From the human T2T-CHM13v2.0 reference genome, Homo sapiens, in NCBI RefSeq assembly GCF_009914755.1, contig NC_060926.1: DNA of 64,000 nt, one strand, 5' to 3'. Position numbers and translations under genes: made by a program. Shown one piece after another: positions 54,493-64,000 of the stretch (position 1 is the stretch's first letter; each line of letters opens with the position of its first letter). Below the pieces are notes generated by a model. It was not told where the DNA came from. It searched no databases and was given only the letters and a program-made list of their open reading frames with translations.

Positions 54493-55450
54493 CCAAGGGG
54501 GAAAATCACGAACTGTGTTTCCCCTGCTCTTACACCTACAACAATCAACACACAAGACTTCTGTGACCAGATGTGTTAGGGGAGGGGTTCCCCACAACCA
54601 AGCAAGCAATCCATTCTGCCACAGGCACCAGCTGGGTGTCCTCAAATTCAATTCTAACACCATCTACCTGGAGGTAGCATCAGATCCCCCAGGTTGAGGG
54701 CTCAGTCTGCAAGACTGACCCCCACTTCCAATGCCAATTGCAAGCCCCGGGTTTTTCGTGTGCTTCTGACTGAGTGGCTACAAATAGGAGATTTGACTAA
54801 TTTACTAGAGCGGCTCTCAGAACTCAGGGAAACACTTATGTTTACCAGTTTATTATAAAGAATATGACAAAGAATACAGATGAAGAGATGCATAGGGCAA
54901 GGTATGGGGGAAGGGGCGTGGAGTTTCCCTGCCTTCCTGTGCTGTACCACCCTGTAGGAACCTCCAAGCATCTAGCTATCCGGAAGCTCTCTGAACCTTG
55001 TCCTCTTGGGCCTTTTATGGAGCCTTCATTGGATAAGCTTGATTGATAACCATGTAGAAATGTAACTGGACAAAAAGGGCATGATCTAATGCTAATAGAC
55101 TGAGTGGGGAAACCTGGCAAGGACTGTCTGTTCAGATTCTTCCTGGCCTCTTTGTGTGACACTCCTTCCTCCAGGGTGCAGGGCAGGATCATGTCTGAAA
55201 TGGAGATCTGATGTCCCACAATGAGATAAGGTAGGTCAGAGAATTGCCAAGACAGAAAGGCAGGGGAAGATTAGAGTCCTGCCTTGGGGAGGGAAAGGAG
55301 CAGGTGAAAGGAGAGCAAGGGATGGCCAGAGAGAGAGAGAGATTCTGTTTTCTGAGGCTGGCCCAAGGGCCCCAATATTATAACAAGGGCTATGGGAGTT
55401 ATAAGCCAGGAACCATGGATAAAAACCTATATAGATATCATAATATCACA
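54493..55450 (-). mobile_element. MER21A/B-type solo LTR
   Basis: GACTTCTGTGACCAGATGTG...CACCAGCTGGGTGTCCTC..AATTCAATTCT...GAGCGGCTCTCAGAACTCAGGGAAACACTT...ATATCACA. Confidence 0.8.
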
Positions 55451-55499
55451 GTGAGTTAATAAAAATATATATAGATATATACATATCATCGTATCACAA

Positions 55500-57400
55500 T
55501 GAGTTAATGTCATTTATATTTATTGACATGACAGGTGAGTTGATCTTTGATCTGTTGTTGTTGTTTTTGTTGTTGTTCTCTGAATACAATTATTTAAAGT
55601 CTTTCAACATAAGGTCAGTTTGCTTTTTTGGGAGTGGGCAAAGAGAAAAGAGAGAAGAGAGGAGAGGCGACGAAAGGAGAAAAGGCCACAGGAGACGAGA
55701 AGTGAATTAAGTTCTGGTATTTAGAAGGATTTTTAATGTGGTTTCATTATTTCTTTGTAATCATATTGTCATATAAAACTCTGGTCATCTGCTTCATAAA
55801 CAGCATTAGGCCATAATAAAATAAGTGTGTATTTTCTTCCCTTTCTCCTATCTCTCCCTCCACTTCCTGACTCAATTCAATAATATTATCTTTGTTAATT
55901 TTTACTTTGGACTCTTAAATACATTTTTAACAAAAACACTGTTTGTTTCTTTGGCTTTAAATTATTTCTTTTGTCTCCCTGAGTTTATCCAAGAAGCAAT
56001 TACTTTACTTCCTGCCATCTTTACCCCTTTCCCATCCCAATTTGTGTTAGTTGTGTTATTTCTACATTGCCAGGGCTTATAAGATTTACATCCCATTATG
56101 TTACACTAATCCCCACATTATATTTAGTCTTAGATCTGAACTTAAGTATAATCAATACTTACAGTCAGACTTGTGGTTAAAGCTTCCATAGTAGACTCTC
56201 AATTGGCTGACGTTCATTTTCTGGTCATTTCCTTAAGAAGGTTCACAAGAACTATACTTTCTAAGCTCTTGTATGTTCAAAACATTCTGCTATAGCCTTT
56301 GTAATTGTTGAACAGCTTGGATGATATAAAATTCTTGGTTTGCACTTTCCTTAAATATCTTCTAAATGTTTCTCTATCCTCTTCTAATGTTAAATGCTGT
56401 TTTGATGAAGTCTGAGTTCAACTCGACTTTTTTTTTCCCTGTATGTGACTTAGTATTTTGTGCTTTACTGCCTAAAGGATACTTTCTTTAAATCCAATAA
56501 CTTGACTAGATTGCATCTCAGGTGGAGACTGTTTTAAATCAGGTTTCCCTGGGAAGTAGTGTGAACATCCGATATGCAGATTCAAGTCTTGCTTTATTTT
56601 AGGAAATGTTTTGAATTGTATTTTAAAACGTTTTTTACATCCTATTGTTTTGGCTTCTTCAGAGACTCTAGTTTTGCACGTGTGGCTTTCCTTCACCTCC
56701 CTGTTATTGCGATCACTTTCTCTCTAATCTTAACTCCCTGTCTCTACGACATCAGATTTGCATTCCACACTCCCATCCTGTGCTTCTCTTACAGAGCCTT
56801 TTGCAGTGACTTCGCCCCCTTATTATCCTCTGCTTCTTTCCTGAGTCTTCTAGCTCCATCTCATCACTTCCCATCAGCTTTTCATCTTCTATTTGAGTTC
56901 CTGCATTTGTGCTTTGTGGTTTTCCATTAGAGATCAAATTGCCTTGTCAAGGTGCTTTGTTTCTAATTCATGGTGGAATGTTTCATCATAATTTTCACCT
57001 CTTCCAGCCCACATTTTACGGGTGCATGTTCTTCGGTTGATGTGATTTGCTGCTCTTTGTGTCTTATAGAATGTTTGTATTGAGGTTATTCCATCTTCTT
57101 TTAAATTATTCATGGAGTGTACTGGTTGAACTTCCCTAGATCAGCTTTTTGCAAGATGTTCTAACCAGGGGTGGGGCAAGGACAGTCTTCCAGAATTCTT
57201 CATCTCACAGGACCTCTTTCTCTTTGTTTTCACAGAGACAGACTTCTTCCTGAAAATATGGTATTATCCTTTATAGAGCTCTGCCTCCTCAGCTTCTCTG
57301 AATCATACTGGGTCCCTGAGGGCTTTTGCTGCAGGGACCTCTAGCTCCTTCCCAGGAAATGCAAACAAGGGGCCGGTGTGTGCCTCATCCTTGGGAAGTG
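55500..57400 (-). mobile_element. very old L1M/L1ME remnant (probably continuous with ~48050-48750, host of the provirus)
   Basis: T-rich antisense L1-like sequence (GATATAAAATTCTTGGTT, GAAGTCTGAG, TTTCCCTGG); boundaries approximate. Confidence 0.5.
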
Positions 57401-57739
57401 TAGTTCTGCTTGTGCTCTCAAAGTTCCGCTGCCGCCCTAGATGCTGCTCCTCTTCCTGTGAGCTTGCAGCTCTTTGCAGCCCTTACCCATGTTTTGGAGT
57501 CTATAGATTATATCTGTCTCTAAGTTTCAATGCAAATGAAACTCTCTGAAGCTGCATGTGATTTCCATGAGGAAAAGGAAGCACCACTTCCATGCTCATT
57601 TCCAAGTCTGATGATTCGGGGGAATTGATGCTGAGTTCCAAGCCATCCTTCCCAAGGCTTTTGACCAGGTGCAGCCAAGGTACTCTTCCTCCACCACTTT
57701 CCTTCCTTCTCTCTGGGCCCTGCATCGCTGCTCCAGCAG

Positions 57740-57880
57740 GTAATGTGGTAATATACAATAATGGTAATATACAATATACCACATACAATATAATATAATA
57801 TACAATATAATAATGGTAATATACAATATACCACATCACAGTAGTGATGCAGTAATATACAGTAATGTGGTAATATACAA
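57740..57880. repeat. AT-rich patchwork repeat built from GGTAATATACAA units
   Basis: Bounded by an exact 19-bp direct repeat GTAATGTGGTAATATACAA at 57740 and 57862. Confidence 0.85.
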
Positions 57881-57980
57881 GAGGGAAGAGGAGGTCAGTG
57901 AGCATACGTAGGAGCTGTAGGAAAGAACAGAATTCATGTGCCATCAAAAAGCATTCAGCATCAACTAAGGGGAAAATATG

Positions 57981-58005
57981 CACACACACACACACACACA
58001 CACAC
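57981..58005. repeat. (CA)n microsatellite
   Basis: Directly visible. Confidence 0.95.
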
Positions 58006-58140
58006 CCATCCACTCCCCCACACACATTACATAGGACAAATAGAACATACCTGGAGGACACTGGTAGACCACTTCTGGTCTATATCATCTCTAGGGTCCT
58101 TCTCTGCCATCTTGTGTTAAGGATCCACCATCACCATCCG

Positions 58141-58483
58141 TGTTAAAATTTCATCTTAATTGGGAGGCCATTAGGTGATGGTGGCTTTGTTCTTTAAATT
58201 TCTTCATAAGCAAGCACAAACTCTAGGTAAACAGCAAACGAACCTGGACACTTTTCCAGTCAGAAACCCTCAATGAATCTCTAACCAGGGACTTTCCATT
58301 CTAGCGAATTGAATCTATTTTCTTTGTATCCCTTCCGCTCCAGCCTATAAAGGCCCAGTGCCCACACTGCTCAGCAGAACTCCCAGAACCTCCTCTGGTT
58401 CTGAGTGCTGCCTGATTTGTCAATTGTCCTTTGCTCCAGTAAGCCCTATTAAGTTTATTTGGTCTAAAGGTTTTCTTTTAACA
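58141..58483 (+). mobile_element. LTR54/MER57-like ERV1 solo LTR
   Basis: TGTTAAAA..AATTGGGAGGCCATTAGG...CCTATAAAAG...GGTTCTGAGTGCTGCCTGATT...TTTTCTTTTAACA. Confidence 0.7.
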
Positions 58484-61400
58484 CCTATCATGACTGCATG
58501 TTATCTTGGCGGCTTCTCCACTCCCCACCAGCCCTGAGGCTATCCTTGATGCTGATTTCCTCTGCATCACCATGCGTTTATAGAGCAACACTGTTCTCCA
58601 CCTGAACCCCAGAACTCTAGATTTGGCCCTGTTCCAGTCTGAGCTGTTTGCCTTAGGCAGTTTCCTTCTTAACACCCAAGTCCTTAACCCGAAGCAGCTC
58701 TGTGCAGGCGGGAGCTGGCCTGGGCTCATGCACCACACTACGGGGGCTCTAGTTGCTTCCAGAGTGAAATTTTGGCCACAGTAACTTCTCAGGTCCATGC
58801 CTACGTACAGAGTGTGGGGATATTAGGGTAGGGCAGCCCTGCCTGGAGCAAGACAAGCTGGGTGACCTGAAAGGAGGAGACAGAGGGATGCTGATGTGGC
58901 AGGACAGCCAGAGTGGGCCTAAAAGAGACGCTGAAGACAGGTCCTCAAGAGGAGACATGGCCCTGCATGCCACCTGGGGCTGCATGGAGATTCCTAGGCT
59001 GCTGTAGGCTCCCAGCTGCTCTGGAATGGAGTCGGGATGTTGTTGGAGAACAGCCTGGCAGGGGTGGGGGCCAAGCGGTCTGGACACCTACCAGAAATAA
59101 ACAGACTGCAATGAAACAGATCAAGAATCCCTTCCAATTAGGACAGTTGTGTAGATTTAAAAAAAATTCTTTTTTTTTTCCTGAAATAGGAAAGGGAACA
59201 AAATGCAAAAATCTGTTCTTTTCTTCCAAAAGACTTTAAGTAGCAAATAAGCAAGGTGTCAGGACTGGGAAAGCCTTCTGTCTAGGCTCTGAGTAAATGA
59301 ACTTGCCTTTTGGTATAGAGCTTGAGTTAAAATTAAAAAGATACATATGCATATCTTGCAACAAGAATGATTCTACATGCAACGCCTTAAAAAGAAATCT
59401 GAACATTTTTCTGAGTAGGGCAAGCGAAGAGAACAGACAACCATCCCTCCTCCAGAAATCCATCAACAGCCCCTCTGCTTCCACAGCTGATGAAATTTCT
59501 CAGAGCAGCTTACCAAGTGTCCTCGTGGTCTGAAAACAGAGCAGAGGTCTTCACTGGGCTCTTCTGGATAAAGGCACTTACAGTACCCTAGTAACAAAGA
59601 CACCATCCATGTAAAGGACCGCCCCGCCCACCTCCACGTCTGCCCCCAACTCCAGTGGAGTCTTCAAAGTCTGCAGAAATATCTGCAGTCCTTATACCAA
59701 TTATCTGTGTTACCCCGTTCTTATGTAAATTTCAATCCAGTTTTAAATTCAAATTTAGATTACGTATTTTGAAGACCTAGAATAGTGCCTGGCTCATGGT
59801 TGACACTCAATGTGTCTAACTTCTCTCTCTCTCCTAATTTCAACTGTAATTGACTCTTTGAAAACCTGACCCCAAATAGTTTAATGTATTTCCCATATAG
59901 TCACAGATGCAGCCCAGCAGAGGGCTGCCAGCAACCTTAGGAAGGGCTTATTGAAGCATTAGGATGACACCCCAAATCTTTACCTCTACTAGAAAAACAG
60001 CTGTGTCAAGTTTAGTCTAGGAATGTTGGCAGGTATTAGAAACAGCCTGAGCAATGCAGATTTGGGAATTTTTAGGGTGAACTTATTTCAGAGGGTGAGC
60101 TGGTTAGAAAGTTGCCAGGGAGGGAAGTTGTCTGCCCATAACCCTGGGGTAAGTCATTGAGACTGGACCACACCATGTGTTTTTTACTTCCATATAGTTA
60201 CTTGTTTCATGACCTCCAAACTGTCATTCATGGCTTCTCCAAATAGACCACTTCAGCTTCACTGTAGGTAACTAGGGTCTGAACTGACTTAGCCCAGGTA
60301 AGGGAGGTACTGTGCACTGTCATACACAGAGGCAAGGAAGAAGGGGGTGCTCCCAGGACCATATGTGTAGAGCATATTTCCTTGTTCCTAAGCATGGCCA
60401 TGGAATTGGATTTCCCCCCTGAATTTAGCAATGCAGTCAGGCCCCAAAGAAATCTGAGACCATCTGATTAACCCAAGGACACGCAGGGACATATTGTGTA
60501 GCTTCTGTCCTCAGCAGCCCCCTCCGTGCTCCCACATTACTCCCCTGAGCAAGGCAGCTTCCTCCTTTGGGTACCTGCATTTTTGCCAGTAGAAATGCCC
60601 ACCAGGAATCATGAGCACTGGACATCTGCCCTGCCTGCTTCTGCCCTCTTAGAAGTACAGTTTGGATCACTTGCACTTTTCCAGCAAATTACTCTTCCTT
60701 CCCTGACACCATCCTCACTGCTTCCTTGCTACTTGAGTGGAAGCAGCCCATGGGATGGAGTCCAGCTGAAACCTTTGGTAGACAATGGGAAACTCCACAA
60801 GTTGTTTCCCATCCAGGTGTGAAAAAAAGCAGAGACAAACATTTTCCCTGCCCAAGCCACTCCAATAGCTGGTGCAACCCCTTGGGAGTGGTGTTAGTGC
60901 ATTCTTGGAGTTTTGTCTGGGAGCTGGGTGGGAAGCATTTACAATTTTTTTGTGATGTGCCCATTTCAGGGAGGTCTGCCAGTAATGCTCAGAGGACTGG
61001 ATGAAGGTTGACCCTTTGGTATTTGCTTGAAGTCTCATTCAATCTACCACCTTAAAATAAAATGTTCTTAGTTCAGAATCTATAAAAGGGATTTTTAAGG
61101 GATTTCAGCACATTTCAGGGATATTATTAGACTAAAAGCAAGAGCTATGGTTTGCAGAAGCCACACTGTATGGATGATGCAGTTATTATTTCCATTATTA
61201 AAACCCCACTCAGTGCTGTCATAGGGAGACCACTCAAGCCTTGCTGAAAGGGGGATACAAGTTAAATTCAGTGCTCTAAGCCACAGCATCTAAACTTTTG
61301 TATCCGAGGCCCCTTCTTTACTATTAATGTATAAATCTCATACTGTTCCCATCCCGCCCTCAAATTCTGCAAGTCACCCAGCTAAAAATCGCTATATACT

Positions 61401-61984
61401 TTGCATATTTCCTTTACCCCAAAAAAAACTTCTGTTGAATGTTACTTTGGGTAGTTTGTACTATAAAAACTAATAGCTTTTTTAAAACTTTGTAATGGTA
61501 AATGCCTACACAATGTTGAATATGCTGTTTGCACTACACTTGGCTTCTTAAGTGTCTCTGATTGGGGATGAAGTCCAAGGGTAGACCCCACCTGCTAGAT
61601 GATCACTGCTCAAGTGCTTACTGTTTTATTGTTAGGTTGGTAGATGAATAAGCCTAGACCACCTCCACATTTTGCAGGGAGCAAATCTCCTTGCAAGGGC
61701 AGGGAGGTGGCCAGGCTCAAAATGGGGAAGTAGCCATGACAGCACCATCCAGAAATTTCTGGACCATTGGAATTGGGAAAATCAGCAACAAAATGGATGT
61801 ATTAGAACACATGGCAGGAGGAGGGGATGTGTCACCATGGCCAATGGGCCACTGTAGCCTGACCCATTTCTCCTTGCTGCCTGACTTTTGATTTCGGGAT
61901 GAAAGATGAGAAAACATGGCCAGTTATAATATTAACCTTTTAGTAGCAATGTTTTCATGGTCATTATTCTCATTGACATTTGCA

Positions 61985-62503
61985 GGAATCAGTTGTTGCT
62001 GCATGACCAACCATCTCAAAGCTCAATTGCTTAAAACAATTCCATTTCCCATTGCTCACAGTCTGCAGATCAGCCGGGCAGTCCTTCTGGACTCAGTGGG
62101 GGCTTGTGCCACCAGCTGTGGCGCTGCAGGTGGCTCTCTTGATCTGGGCTGTGCTTCCTTGTTTTGTGGGGGTTTGGCTCCTCTATGGCTATAAACTTCC
62201 AAAATGCTTGTGACTGGGCCAGCTGGGTTCTCCCTCAGGAGCTTCTTACCCACAGCAGGCCAGCCCAGGCCTGTTCACAGGACAGTGCCAGGGGCCCAAG
62301 ACAGTGGAGCACTGCAGGACCTCTGTGGGCCTCCACTTTTCCTGCATCTGATTGGCCAAAGCTAGTCACAAAGCAGACCAAATTCAAGAGGAAAAGGAAC
62401 AGACTACCTTCTGATGCCAGGCCCAGCAATGTCACATTGCAAACATGGATGCAAGGATGGAACAGTGAAAAAATTTGAGACATTTCCCATTCACTCTACC
62501 ACA
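61985..62503 (-). mobile_element. MLT1F/G/H-type MaLR LTR
   Basis: TTGCTGCATGACCAACCATCTCAAAG..CTTAAAACAA...ATTGGCCAAAGCTAGTCACA...CTCTACCACA. Confidence 0.65.
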
Positions 62504-62602
62504 ACATTCTTCTGTTCCAAAGAGTAAATGACCTAAAACACAATTTTCCCCTGGGACTCAATAAAGGTATTTATATTTTAATTTTTTTAAAAGGTGGCTT
62601 AT

Positions 62603-63158
62603 TTTGACCCAGCAATCCCATATACTGGATATACACCCTAAGGAATATAAATCATTTTACTATAAAGACACATGCACATGTATGTTTATTGCAGCACTAT
62701 TTATAATAGCGAAGACATGGAATCAACACAAATACCCATCAATGATAGACTGGATAAAGAAAATGTGGTACATATATACCACAGAATACTATGCAGCCAT
62801 AAAAAGGATGAGTTCATGTCCTTTGCAAGGATATGGATGAACCTGGAAGCCATCATCCTCAGCAAAGTAACATAGGAACAGAAAACCAAACACCACATAT
62901 TCTCACTCATAAATGTGAATTGAACAGTGAGAACACATGCACACAGGGAGGGGGACAACACACACTGGAGCCTGTCAGGGGATGTGGAGTGAGAGGAAGG
63001 AGAGCATCAGGACAAATAGCTAATGCATGTGGGGCTTAAAATTCAGATGACAGGTTGATAGGTACAGCAAACCACCATGGCACATGTATACCTATGTAAC
63101 AAACCTGCACATTCTGCACATGTATCCCAGAACTTAAAGTAAAATAAAAATACAATTA
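62603..63158 (+). mobile_element. 5'-truncated L1PA (PA8-PA10-like)
   Basis: End of ORF2 (CTCMFIAALF..WIKKMWYIYTTEYYAAIK) plus 3'UTR; perfect 14-bp TSD AAAAGGTGGCTTAT at 62589 and 63159. Confidence 0.93.
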
Positions 63159-63279
63159 AAAAGGTGGCTTATGCGTGGACAATTGTTCACTGCTCTATTA
63201 GAACTAGAACTGGAGTTTCATCATCTCAGTGAGTGGAATAATATAAACACGAATGATTAGGTCAAAATAAAGCATTCAA

Positions 63280-63440
63280 ACCAGCAGTCACCTGGAAGCA
63301 CTTGTTAAAATGCAGATTCATGGCCCCAGACAATCTAATTCAATAAAGACCAGGATAAGACCCTGGAATCTGCATGATAACAAGCACCTCAGGAGGAATG
63401 ATGCAGGTGATCCTGGAAACCTTATCTGAGAAACACTGGT
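63280..63440. mobile_element. MER5A-like element
   Basis: CACCTGGAAGCACTTGTTAAAATGCAGATTC...GGAATCTGCAT...TGAGAAACACTG. Confidence 0.65.
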
Positions 63441-64000
63441 CTAAATTTACTCAGACACAGGTTAAGTGGAAATATTTCAAAAAATGGGAATGTGGGGGAG
63501 AACATCTTAAAAACTGCTGGCCTGGGGGTCTCATACTTAAGCTTAAATTGATGTATTTTATTAGTTGCTGGCTCCCAGCTTAGTCCTGAGAATATGTTTT
63601 CCATCCCTTCAAGAACATGGAATGACAAGAGAGGAGGAAGGGATAAAGAATGAGAAGGAAGAAGAATATTTCTGTTTTTCTCTCTCTACAGGTAGATTCC
63701 TTGTACTTTCATGCTAATGAACCCAAGTAAGGCTGTCTGGATGCTGAAGGCTCTCACTGCCCCGGAGTCAGCCCAGAACCATGAAGGCAGGCTGTGGCTG
63801 GCAGAAAGGACTGCCACTCCCTCTCAATACACCCTGCTTATTTCTCATTAACTGGATCTGAAGGCAGCCAAAATATCGATTAACTTAGGGGTTAATTTGT
63901 GTGGTTCTGATTAGTCAAGATTTTCTTGATTGAATACAAAAGGCTTTCATTTTAAAAAATCAAAAATTATAAATTTTAAAGAATATTTAGTGCAAATTAA

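Noticed and set aside
57501-58061. 186-aa Tyr/Ile/Val-rich ORF resembling a membrane protein
   Set aside because: It is a product of the (CA)n and AT-rich patchwork repeats.

Overview
This window is primate (human-like) non-genic DNA made largely of interspersed repeats. I find no host protein-coding exon, rRNA/tRNA gene, CRISPR array or prokaryotic system, and the ORF track is essentially noise apart from decayed retroelement frames. Main landmarks: a two-LTR HERV-L provirus (MLT2A1-type LTRs, 48757-54354, perfect CCTGG target duplication, dead gag/pro/pol/dUTPase); a 972-bp HERV-K(HML-2) LTR5A/B-type solo LTR (21567-22538); two long old L1 remnants; a multi-layer transposon nest (31.3-33.4 kb); and about ten Alus plus many MaLR/ERV LTRs, MIR, L2 and DNA-transposon relics. 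The most unusual signals cluster at 44.8-51.5 kb: a 39-bp-arm hairpin, an ~100-bp copy of HERV-L LTR/gag sequence pasted into a MER1B 2.7 kb from the provirus, an Alu fragment inserted head-to-head into another Alu at the homologous position, and a 140-bp RT segment copied 787 bp downstream inside pol. Repeat subfamily names come from my recall of consensus sequences and need RepeatMasker/Dfam confirmation. All mismatch counts are by hand. I cannot identify the locus, and I do not claim a new biological system.
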